Origin: Octopus vulgaris
Lineage: Eukaryota
Length of the DNA stretch: 64,000 nucleotides
Assembly (NCBI GenBank): GCA_951406725.2
Contig: OX597814.1
Coordinates: 151,094,001 to 151,158,000, forward strand
Reading direction: 5' to 3'
A program made the translations under genes and the position numbers. This document shows positions 1-11,941 of this stretch, in pieces (the stretch's first letter is position 1; each line of letters opens with the position of its first letter). The notes below the pieces were generated by a model. The model was not told where the DNA came from. It was given only the letters and a program-made list of their open reading frames with translations, and did no database searches.

Positions 1-16
1 TAAGTTTATCTAAGTT

Positions 17-119
<103 letters not shown>

Positions 120-509
120 TAGGCCTGACACCGTATATTAACCGGTGTTGTTCATACGATGAATAGCCTTCGCGTAAACCACTGATTCGTTTTGTTCTCT
201 TACTTTATTATCATCTTATAATCATCACATAATAATGACCTTTATGACTCGTATTACTACCTCAGTCAATCTAAATGTATATATTTGTCACTAACTGTCA
301 TAAACAGCCTTTTTCTATTTGCAATATGCATTTTCGTTGATTTTTCATATTTTACCCTTACATTTCCACGTGCATGTTATATTTTCTTTTCGTAACATAT
401 TTCTACTATATATATATATATATATACATGCATGCATGCATACATACATACATACAATGACTGAAACAAATAAAAGTATTTATGTGTACATATATACATA
501 CCTGTATTC

Positions 510-578
<69 letters not shown>

Positions 579-1734
579 CATAAAGAGATAAGTGCTATGC
601 AGAAATGCGTTCAGAGGCCAAATAGAAAAAAGGCATGAACGCCCTATACTGCCTTCCCAAAAAATATATGATCATTGTACTTAGTAAATATATTTGGATA
701 CGAAGGCTACCATTCCATCAAGAAAACTGACTGCTAATACTCTTGAGAAATATATGTACTTACTCAGTACTCCATGGTACTAAATTATAAATCCTGTTCT
801 TGTATAAACTTATTTCAAATTACTTAAAGAAAATAGAGTAGCACCCTTGACACTTTTATAGCTTCTAAGAGTGGTGGGACAGGAAGAGAAAATTATCCTC
901 AGACCAAAGACCCGGTCCGTGTGTCTACAATTGAGTAGACTTTGCTAAAGGCCCCAATGAGATATATGGTTGTTTAAAACCGGACGACTGGATTGCATAT
1001 AGTTATTGTCCACCAGATTTCACACACAGGATTTTAGTTTTCCTGAGTCTATTGTAAAAGACACTTTGTTAAAATGTTAAAAATTAGGATTGGTCACGAA
1101 GTTATGAAGCGAAATTCTTAAGCACACAGCCATATTTACGCCATTTAGAAACAACGTACTATCCTAGAATCATTATCATTATTTTTAGAAATGAAATGTC
1201 CATGTTGATCCTGACTTTCTAAACCAGATATTAGTAACTGACATGTATCATAATAAGATCACAGCTCTGAGTAACAATTATTCCTTGAATAATAATTGGC
1301 AATTTACTTCTTCCCGAGGTTAAAATCGATATAGCTTCTTCCTGTGCATTATAAGAATTCTCATAAAAACAGATTATTTGGATATTACACTGGCTGCTGC
1401 CACAGTGCATCGGGTTAAGAGCTAGGCAACAATATTTAGATTATATAAAGATTAAAGAATCAGTTTTCTTGACTTTGCCTTTTACCATTCCTTACAAATA
1501 TCCAGAATGTCATTATCACTTAAGAAAGTATTGATTCTTTTACATACAACCTGGCACTTTGCACGGAATTGCGGTTGGTGCAGACGTCACTACAACATTT
1601 TAAGGTACTTATTTTATTGACTCGTTGAAGAACGAAATATAAATTGTGCTTCAGATGAATTTCAGGTCAAAAACGTACTTCGAAATGATAAAATTTGCAT
1701 GGGAAATACAGAGCGCTATAAAGTGTAATGAGTG

Positions 1735-1812
<78 letters not shown>

Positions 1813-1892
1813 ATGTATGTATGTATGTACGTACGTACGTATATGTACATACATACACACACACACGCACATACATACACACACACACACAA

Positions 1893-1955
<63 letters not shown>

Positions 1956-1956
<1 letters not shown>

Positions 1957-1983
1957 TAGCAGAGATACCCGACGTTGCCCGGT
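1956..1983 (-). mobile_element. Helitron-like 3' terminus (fragment)
   Basis: Minus strand reads CCGGGCAACGTCGGG (hairpin) -tatctctg- CTAG followed by (TA)n. Same end as the element at 20741-21535. Confidence 0.6.
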
Positions 1984-2027
1984 TACATTCAATTGAAGAA
2001 TTAGACTTTTCTGTTATATATATATGG

Positions 2028-2071
<44 letters not shown>

Positions 2072-4869
2072 GTATATTAATATAAATACACGACTACGTG
2101 AAGTTTGTTAAAAAAAGGGGGATCATGCATATACCTCCTGGCCATTGAGATTATAACACCTCGTTGTAAACAATGTTCCTTGTTTTTCCTTGTGGGGCAT
2201 ATACAAAAAGGTTTCTTTTGGTTCCTACTCTTCAGCAGCCAACATACAGGTGCCCATGCGAGAAGCAGGGCTCTTCCAAGAGAAGACCAGCTACATATGT
2301 AGATATGTGCCCTTTATTCACTCCGGCGAAATGACTGAGATATTGAACTAACAATTATTCACAAGTCAAACTTTTTGCTGTTTCCTTGTGTTTCTAATCA
2401 GAGCACAACTTTGTATGTTGCAGTTGCTCTGTCAGAAATATATGCCACATAGAATTCCCTCTCAACCCTTTGTCTTTGCTGAAGTCGTCAACCTCCGGAT
2501 GTTCAGGTCAGTGAGGTGCTGCGAAGTCTATGAGAACATCCCCTTCCACCAGACCAAACATTAAAAAAAACTATTCTTTTTCCGGAAAAATGTCAAAGAT
2601 AGTTCACGACTGCCTCTAGCCACAAAATAAAACAACCAAACAATCATCTCTAAAGGTTAGCGTATGAGATATACAATTATTTATTTCCAAACAGTACGGT
2701 ACTTGACTGTTCTATAAGCCAGCGATGGAGCTTCAAAGCGGTCGTTTGACCGGCTAGAAAACGTATTTAAATTTCCTTCAGACCATATTCTGTCATCTTA
2801 AAACCATGGTACATCGGTTAATGTATGCCTGGGAACATTCTAATTGAAAGATGAGACAGGATGATCATAGGAGGAATGCCGTTGATTATAGGTTTACTCA
2901 ATCATCACTCACCTTGCTATAAACAACAGCGTTCCCATCTCATCAGTACAATAATAGACACAGTTTGTTAATTACCAAATATTCAAATCAGAATCTACCT
3001 GGTGATTGCGCCAAGTTTCCTAGTTTCGATCAATAAATTCGTGGGTGACTTGGACGATTCTGTCATTATGTCTTAATTGAAGCAAAACTAACAATTACGA
3101 CGAGACTGAAATCAATAGGTATAGAGAACGCTTTTTCCAAGACAACGAATATTCTTGGTGATTTGTGTTTTGCATTTATTAAAATTTTCTTTTTTTTGTC
3201 TTGTTCTTTACGCTGTTTTATACCATTATTAATTTAATTGTAAAAATTAATTCAGCTTCCATCGATAGCCAAGTGAATGAGAAAGGATTTATCATCATCA
3301 TTATCGTCATCATTATCAACATTTTCGTTGTCCTGATCATCTGCATCATTATCGTCAATTATTCCCTATACACCATGCAATTAATTCCAGATAATCTTCG
3401 ATGTGTGCAGTGTATGTGCAGTGTACATTATATATACATACATTATATACATAATGTGCATATATATGTAATGTATGCATATATATATAATGTATGTATA
3501 TAATGGATATATATAATGTATATATATATGTATGTATATATAATGTGTATATATATATATATATATAACGGATATATATATATAATGTATATATATATAT
3601 ATATATATATAATGTAGGTATGTATAAAAGCCTGTATATTCACATATGTGTGTATTCGTGTTTCAGTGTCTGCATGTGCGGTATGTTTGCACATGTATGT
3701 GTATATGTTTGATTATTGCATTTATGAAACTGTAACTGTCAATTACCAAACAGAGTGATGGGAAGGAAACAAACATCTTGACACGCCTGGATCACGTGAA
3801 TCTCTACATGCTCCCTTGATCTGCTAGAAGCAGTAGCTAAATTTCCCTTTTAATTAAACACATAAAATTCAAGCACTTACACTTGCTGTGCGGAAGATCA
3901 TTGTACATACGTGCGTGTTTGTGTGTGTGTGTGTGTGTCTTTGTGTTTGTCTATTCGCCACTTGACAACTGATGTTGATTTGTTTAAGTTTCCGTATAGT
4001 AGTGATTCGACAAAAGAGAGCAATAAAATCCCATACTTTAACAGAAATGAAGTCTGGGGTCAGTTTGATCGACTAAAAACTTTCAAGCCAGTTTCCCAAA
4101 TTGGCTTCATTCTTAAGACCAACACAAGCAAGTGTAAAGAGTATGCACCACAATACAGCACAAAGTAAAGAAATAGTGTAAACATATACACAGAACATTC
4201 AAAATAAACACGCCGGACCAGTCTAACATCATTAAAACGCTAATATCAGTAGCAGTAGTTGATTACAAAATCTCGTCAGACAAAACTCCTCAAGTTAAGT
4301 CAATTCCCGAAAAATAAAAGTACGTGGGAGACATTTTGTAAGGAAAAGTGCCCTCATATTTCCAGAATACGTCGCGAAAATGGCAAAGAAAAGAGTAATA
4401 TATCTTATCTTTGCGAAGAATGGAAAGGGCTTCCTTTACTCTCTAGCCAACAGTTGAAAGAAATCCTGACTGATGTTTGAGGTGAAGATCTTCTGTCGAG
4501 CGGAGTCCGGCCTATGGGAGCATATATCTGGCTCTCAAGACCGGGGATGGCTCGAGGCGAGGCAACAGGCTGTGTTGCCACATCGCAACCGGTCCACCGG
4601 CTTGGGCTGCTATTTACAAATCGATAGAATACAAGGGTCACATCTAGAAATATTGGTTTGGTTGTTGACCCTTTGCTTATTGTCACCTTCGCGTGTACTA
4701 CTGGTAGTTTTGAGCGCTGAGGTTACCGAAAATGACAAGTGTATTGGTTGATTGTACATAAACATGTACGTTTTGGTGATCACTGAAGATCACAGATGCG
4801 GTGTTGAGGGCCAATTGAGAGCTTTCTCTCGTGAGAAACCAGGACTACACCAGAAAAATAAATTATATT

Positions 4870-5365
4870 ATGTTTGTAGGATGTGAAGGTCTATCGTGAA
4901 GTGTTAAACCATAACGTAACAGTTAAAGCGGAGAATCATTGTCGAGAATTGGAAGCATTACACAACAATTTGCAGAAAAACAACTCTCTTCATTGGTCAA
5001 TCATAAATGAGTATTGTTCTCACATGACAATTAATGGCCCCAAGTCACTTAGACAAATATTATGGTACTAAATATGGAAGATATTGTCTCATGTTCTTCA
5101 CTCTCCAGACCAAACACCGTCTTTTCCATAATTTAGAAGGAAAACAGTTCATAAATTGTGAATAGGTTAAGTGATATTGAGTATTTCTTGGCTTCCAAAA
5201 GTGAAAAATCTTACGCCCGGGAGATCAACAATTTGCCAAAAAGTGGCGTTGCGTTACCAGTAAGGGGGCGAAATATTATCTTGATTAAATATATAAACAA
5301 AGACTAAAAAAAGTATTTGTTTCTTTCTCATCCTGAAATACGATAGGACTTTCTTTCAAATCAGA
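4870..5365 (+). mobile_element. Degenerate mariner transposase C-terminal remnant
   Basis: Broken frames give HDN (catgacaat), SPD (tctccagac, from YSPDL) and a FLASKSE...INNLPK-W-like end. Confidence 0.45.
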
Positions 5366-5589
5366 CATGTGTGTTTTGATAGATGTGTGTGTATATGCTT
5401 ATTTAACTGATATTTAGCGTATTTTTAATGTTTTTATATGGTGTATAGTGTCATTTCCCCATACTTCTTTTGTTTTACTTTATATATTTAAACAGTATTT
5501 GTATATCACCTCACGTTATCTAAACCCTTTTATATTTTCGGGTCGGAACCCATGGATAATTTCTAGAAATCGCTCGCTTGTCAGTGCTA

Positions 5590-6240
5590 CCAAGCTAGCA
5601 TTTTTGCAATAAATTCTACCGGCAAGGTGGTGCCGTCAGTTGCGCCTACTCAAGATGTGCGCAAAGCAACGAAACCGTCTTGTACGCGTACGTATTGCGT
5701 TCGAGCATTGCTGACTTGTGAAACTATGCCGAACAGCTACTATCAAGTGTAGAATGGATCCGTCTACCAGCCGACACCATCATGAAGATCATGCCGCCGC
5801 CTTCCTTTGATCGGGAAGGGCAAGTAGTTTTCATTTGTCTTGTAGACGATATTGAAAGGACTGTGGACAATACTTTCATGTTCAAACAAAGCCTCGTCGA
5901 TATTTTTTAATTCAAGTTGAAAACCAAGGTGAAGGTTAGGAAATATGTGTTCCTCCTCAGTAAATTTCTTGAAAGATGGGTGAATGTGGTGAGGATATCT
6001 CGAGTGAATGGCTCTACTTTGAGCTGCGATCTGTAGACTGATGAGGATGGAAAGAGAGGAAACTTACCATGGTACTCCCGGTAAGTAGGGTGCCATTTCT
6101 CTCAACTTGGAATTTTGTTACAATTTTCTTTTTTTCAAATTGTTATAGATTTGCTCTTTGGACGTTTCTATGAAAATCTCTACTGTCCTTTGTCTTTGAA
6201 TTGCTCTGTTTCTGCTACCCTTGTGGCTGATAAAGAAAGA
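5590..6240 (+). mobile_element. 3' fragment of an L1/Tx1-like LINE ending in (ATT)n
   Basis: Degenerate zinc-knuckle region (RCAQSNETVLYA) and C-terminus FKLKTKVK...KFLERWVNVVR are homologous to the LINE at 11942-16178 (RCGGDRETVPHA; FHLKRKVW...FRKRWKHVAR). Tail cccttgtggctgataaagaaaga runs into (ATT)n. Confidence 0.65.
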
Positions 6241-6284
<44 letters not shown>

Positions 6285-6295
6285 CATTATTATTC

Positions 6296-6555
6296 AATAG
6301 TTTTATTTTTATAGCGTGCTTTCACTTCACTACCGAGCGTAGCTCTGTGTGCCTTGGGTATGTGCTGTGATTTGTTGTGATTCTCTGATGATTGAAAATG
6401 TTTTGCGTAGGATGTGTGCAGTGCCCAGTAGTGCAATTTTCTGTATGTTATATGTGTTTGTAAGTCCTGGTGTTTTTGTTATGTATTTGTCTGAATATTT
6501 TTTATCATACCCAATGCGCCTACTATGATAGGAATTGTTTTTGTTTTTAGATTCC
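6296..6555 (-). mobile_element. 5'-truncated Dong/R4-like (restriction-like endonuclease) LINE 3' end inserted in (TAA)n
   Basis: Minus-strand peptide NIQKIALLGTAHILRKTFS matches the QK..LLGTA.ILR C-terminal motif of R4-group elements. Flanked on both sides by (ATT)n, the known Dong target. Confidence 0.7.
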
Positions 6556-6556
6556 A

Positions 6557-6596
<40 letters not shown>

Positions 6597-6615
6597 CATT
6601 ATTATCATTATTATT

Positions 6616-7030
6616 AAGGCAGCGAGCCGACAGAATGCTTAGCAGCATTTCTTCCGGCTGCATTTCTATCAAAGTTCAGATTCCGCTGAGGTCAACTTTG
6701 CCTTTCAATCTTTCGAGTTCGATAAAATAAGAACCAGTTAAGCACTGAGATCGATGTAATTCACTACTCCTCCTCCCACTCAAAAATTGTACCTATAACA
6801 GAATGGATTATTAAGCCAGCGAACAAGCAAAAACGTTAGCACACCCAACAAAATACTTAGCGACATTTCTTCCAGGTCTTACGTTCCGAGTTCAGATACC
6901 ACCGAAGTTGTCTCTGATTTTCATCCTTTAGAGGTCGATAAAATAAGTACCAGTCGAACAATAGGATCGATGTAATCAACTACCTTCTACCTTTAGAATT
7001 TCAGGCCATATACACATGGTAGAAAGGATT
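6616..7030 (+). mobile_element. Two diverged tandem copies of tRNA-derived SINE family 1
   Basis: Head aaggcagcgagc..., B-box-like gttcagattcc, core gaggtcaactttgcctttc...gataaaataagtaccag, each present twice. Confidence 0.7.
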
Positions 7031-7094
7031 ACTACTCCTACTACTACCGCTACTACTACCATTTAGTCAGGTGGAATAAACGAACCAGCGATGC

Positions 7095-7265
7095 CGTTTC
7101 ACCGCAGCCAAAGGAATAATAATTTTATTTCTTTTATTCGTCGACTTTGTTATTTGGCTGTCGTTGATTATCTTGAATAAACAATATAATGATTTTCCCT
7201 GGGGGGAAAGGGTCGTGTTTATGGCTTTTGGATGTCCCTCGAGACCACTGAAGTGAAGGCGACTA
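7095..7265 (-). repeat. Dispersed repeat; second copy on + strand at 10880-11030
   Basis: Shared gtcgccttcacttcag...agccataaacacgacccttt...gtcgacgaataaaa..aaataaaattattattcc in opposite orientations. Confidence 0.7.
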
Positions 7266-7967
7266 ATGTTCTTGAGCACCTGAAAGTAACAAGTGAGATA
7301 TTGTCTCTGTGGAGGTGTTTCTTGTCACTGAAACCGGGACTGCATTTTCTTTTTCTTAATTCATTCTTGAATATGTACAACTTGTTTCAGTGGGAATACC
7401 AAGTGTTTTTCGCAGCTATAACTATTCGGAATTAACGGTAACTAAACTTATAGAAGGTACTGATCTTTAGATTAAAACCACGTCAAATGAACGTCTTAAT
7501 AGTCGCTTATTGATTGTTATTTCCTTATATTTATACAAGTCGAAATCAGACGTTTTTGTTGAATGTATTGAGTGGTTGTGGCGCCATGTATATACGTTAT
7601 CTCAAGCACTCAAGTGGCTGGAAGATAAATAGTTACACGTAATGCCATTTCTGGTTTCAACATCATTAATTATGCTTCCGATCTATAATGCATTCACATA
7701 ATATTTATTGCACATTATCAACATTTGGAAAGTGCTGCTTATGTACAAATGTTTGTTTTATCAATCATTAGAGGTTAGTCATAAAGCATACTAGTCATAA
7801 ATGATCAATGATCAATATCTCTACATAATATTATCTATTCGTCTGTTTGTCTTAATGTTTAATATTTGCCTATCAATGTATCTATTTATCATTCTATATT
7901 TTTATAGATATATTTTTATAGAAACAGACAAATGTATGTCTGTGTTTATACATAAGTGTGTATATAA

Positions 7968-7999
<32 letters not shown>

Positions 8000-8003
<4 letters not shown>

Positions 8004-8260
8004 GAATGGGTGTGTGGTTAAAAGTTCGCTTCACAACCACTTGATTTCTGATTCAGTCCTACTGCGTGGGACCATGAGTATTCTACTATAGCCCCGAGGC
8101 CTACCGTTTCCTTTTGAATAGATATGGTAAATTGATAGGAACTGAGCGGAAACACAAACTCCATCTATCTACCATGTCACTGGTTTGTTTACCTCATCGA
8201 AAATTAGTGGGTCTATAAAAACAAAATACCTGTAAAATAAGTACCTAATTCAAAAATTGA
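8000..8260 (+). mobile_element. Degenerate SINE family 2 copy
   Basis: gtgtggttaaaagttcgcttcacaaccac...ttcagtcctactgcgtgg...ttctactatagcc matches the head of the 40749-41166 copy. Confidence 0.55.
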
Positions 8261-8301
8261 CACCAAAACATGTGTGTTTATGTATATATTTTCGCCTCTT
8301 T

Positions 8302-8372
<71 letters not shown>

Positions 8373-9795
8373 TGTGAATAAATAAATATATACATAACAA
8401 TCTAGTCTATTCTTCAGTGACTAAATACTAGTTGGCCGACCGAACTGAGCTTTTGATTCTGAAAGACTTCTCCTTTCTTATGGTTGATAAACCAGATTTC
8501 ATATTAGGCTCATTAACCCAGCGAAGATATTGGCAGAATCAGTAAAAAATTTTTGGTTGAGTAATTCCTAAGGTTAGTGAACATGTGCGCTTGAATTTGT
8601 GGAAGTGTACTTAGTGGGTTGGGGTGATATTTTGGTTCGAAAATGTTAATAAAAGTAGTGTTTCTTTTATACAGTTGGAGACAGAGAAATGCTCGTCACA
8701 TAAATAAAAAATGACTAAACTATGGTACACATATTGTTTGCTAAGCTCAGTTTTTAAATTACAGGGTTGGAACTTAGGAACCTTGAATTAAAATTGACAT
8801 ATAAAAGATATCAGCACTGCTGAATATATGAACACTGGACAACTCATTAACAGATAGACATTAACCGACTAGAATTCTCGCAAATTCTTTAACAGGAACG
8901 CCAAATTATTAAAAGTACCTTTTTGTCATAACAAAACCTTAAATATAAGTATTCGTTGTTTCTAAAATTTACAATTTGGTGAAAAGATCGGCTTTAATAT
9001 AATTAAATCGACAAAAGAACGATCCCGGTATAATGGGTTTTTTTTTTCCTTCGGACGTACCTCTCCCAGAACACTGAAGGTTCCACCACTTCTGATATAT
9101 AATCACATCAATGTAAAAATAACAACTTTGTCTAAGATCATGATCTCCAAACGAAAATAACCTTATTATCTAAAATCACAGCAATCTATAAATAATAACT
9201 TGTATCATGAAACTAATATAATAAATATTTGAAACAAGAGTGAAGAAAATTTCTTACATTGGACAGTTGCAATCAAGTTAACTGCTGTCTAACAGTATGA
9301 AAAAATATATATATTGCCAACCATGGTTATATTATGAAATATAATTATTCATTTAAAAAAGCAGTGCTTGAACAAACATGTCTGATCGTGTGTAGCAGTA
9401 AGGTGTCAATGCAGTGTGTATTGGATTGGACAAGTTTCTTACTGGAACTGAATTTTAATATTTTGAAATAGTTTCGATGTGCAAACCACAATGTTCTCTC
9501 TGCAAAATGAAGTGAATAGGTCGGCTAGTTTTCCTGTTAGCAGCTTATTAGATGTGTTTATTTTAACCGATCTACTGAGGGCCATGGCTAACAGTTACCT
9601 ATATAAAGTCTGTAAAGTTCAGTCACTTATAACAATGGACAGCAGGTTTAACTTTTGGTCATATTTGCATAGAATCGCGGATTAAGGAAAGTACTAAACA
9701 CGGTATTTCTAGATATCTACATAAATAAATCCATGTGCGTACGTTTGTTAAATATAAATTTAGCTTCACTGTGCAAATTGAATTGCCATCCAAAG

Positions 9796-9890
<95 letters not shown>

Positions 9891-10879
9891 TAACTGAACA
9901 ACAAGCTATAATTTGAATTTAAAATCTCAAATATTTTTTACTTCACACGCCATTACTCACTTGTTTTGTTACAATGCAATTCTCTCATATTAATAACTAT
10001 TACTCAGTTATAAGTTGTACATGGGATTTTACCTGGTTGGTGCAATGGGTAGCTTTTATTGCTAATTAGCTCGAGGTAAGCCTTGAGCGAGCAAACGTAT
10101 ACTCAAAGACATTCTAACCATGACAATCCCATCATTTTAAAATTATATAGAATTATATTATTCAATGTGGCCATTCCTTATTTAAGACAGTAAAGTGTGA
10201 TTTGAGGAAATATGGTTGCTATTTCTAGCAGTTGAAGAGGCCATGTAGAAGGCCCTCATTTGTGTCTATATAGCATTACTACGATTATTCCCAAAATGAT
10301 TTATGAACTTTAATTAAATCATATATGTCATAGCATGTAGAATATAATTAATGATTCTGCACAACCATTGTTTACAATTAAAGTTCACGTTGATCTGGAG
10401 ATATAACCTATAACAGGTGTCTTTATTCAGATACAATAAAACTGGATTATAATTGTTTAATCATCCAGATAAAGCCAAGTGTCTACAAAGCTCAAGTGAG
10501 ATTCAAAATGGAATATTGCTCCCACGTTTAGTTCGATGTTGCAGCAGCTGTACATACGTGATATATCCAGTGCATCATCGAGAAATGATTTCCCTACTGA
10601 CTTGTTTGTAGTCGCTCACCATTCAACTCAGACCCGTTGTCAGTAAACATGTCTTCTCATTTTTTCTTTTATTTCTCTTTTGTTTTTCATTCTTAAATGC
10701 TACTACTAAGTTATTTGCCCTTTCAACGCTGCCTAATGGCCGAATCTCTCAACAATGAACTAAGCATCATGTCCAGTTTCCACCCCTAACCCAACCCCCA
10801 AACATCACTCCTCTGGAATTCCATTCCTTGGCCATATTTTTTTCTTGCAGTTGTCGACTTTCAGGTATGCAAAGACATC

Positions 10880-11030
10880 AGTCGCCTTCACTTCAGTAAT
10901 CTCTGAAGGCATTCAAAGCCATAAACACGACCCTTTCTTTCAAAGAAAATCATTATATTTTTTATTCAAGATACTCAACCACAGCCAAACTGCAGAGTCG
11001 ACGAATAAAATAAATAAAATTATTATTCCT
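10880..11030 (+). repeat. Dispersed repeat (partner of 7095-7265)
   Basis: Direct sequence similarity to the reverse complement of 7095-7265. Confidence 0.7.
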
Positions 11031-11199
11031 AGAAGCGATACTGTGTCAGAGTTTATCTTCACTCAAAAGTTTTCAAACTTAATGATTTTTCTCTCGAGTG
11101 ATACACTAAATCAAAAAAGTATTTTCTTCTTCCAGAGAAACAACAATAAACTTTTTACTGGGATGAGAACCCTCAGTTTAATATTAATATTCTTTCTAT

Positions 11200-11941
11200 T
11201 CTGGAACAAGTCCAGCAATTTTACATCGACCCCAGTACTTGACTGGTATTTTATCGACTCCGAAAGGATGAAAGATAAAGTTAACTTCGGCGAGATTTGA
11301 ACTCAGAACGTAAAGTACTGGAATATATAATGGTTTCAATTTTGGCACAAGGGCAGCATTTAGAGGGAAATGACTAGTCGATTACATCGACCCCAGTGTT
11401 CAGCTGGTACTTACTTTATCGACCCCGGAAGAATGAAAGGCAAAGTCGACCTCGGCAGAATTTAAACTCAGAATGTAAAGACAGACGAAATGCCGCCAAG
11501 TACGCCAAATCCGACATGCTTACGAGTCTACCAGCTCGCTGCCATGTGCAAGAAGAAATACCGCTAAGCATTTTAACGCACTAACGATTTTGTCGGGTCA
11601 CCACTTTCTTTAAAATGATTGTTTCTAACTTTGATACAATGCCAGCAACTTGGAGGGAAGTGGGTAATTGATTATATCGACCCAGTACTTATTTAAATGG
11701 GTCTTTATTTTATCGATCTGGAAAGGACGAAAGGCGAAGTTGACCCCGGCAAAATTTGAACTATGACCTAATATCCTTTTCTACTCTAGGCACAAGGCCC
11801 GAAAATCTTTGAGGAAGGGATCAGTCGATTAGATCGACTCTAGTACGCAAATGGTACTTAATTTATCGACCCCGAAAGGATGAAAGGCAATATCGAACTC
11901 GGCGGAATGTGAACTCAGAACATAGAGACAGACGAAATACC
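11200..11941 (-). mobile_element. Cluster of about four older SINE family 1 copies
   Basis: Repeated atcgacccc(a)gt...ttttatcgac..cgaaaggatgaaaggcaaagtcgacc..ggcggaatttgaactcagaa with older tails (ttttggcacaagg; ctctaggcacaagg). Confidence 0.8.

Noticed and set aside
7391-7437. cag|TGGGAATACC... as a candidate TM4 (GIP) exon
   Set aside because: The following residues are not hydrophobic and do not match class B TM4.
7714-7773. IINIWKVLL peptide followed by gttagt as a candidate GPCR TM5 exon
   Set aside because: There is an in-frame stop just upstream with no AG acceptor in between, the exit phase is wrong, and the KL motif is missing.
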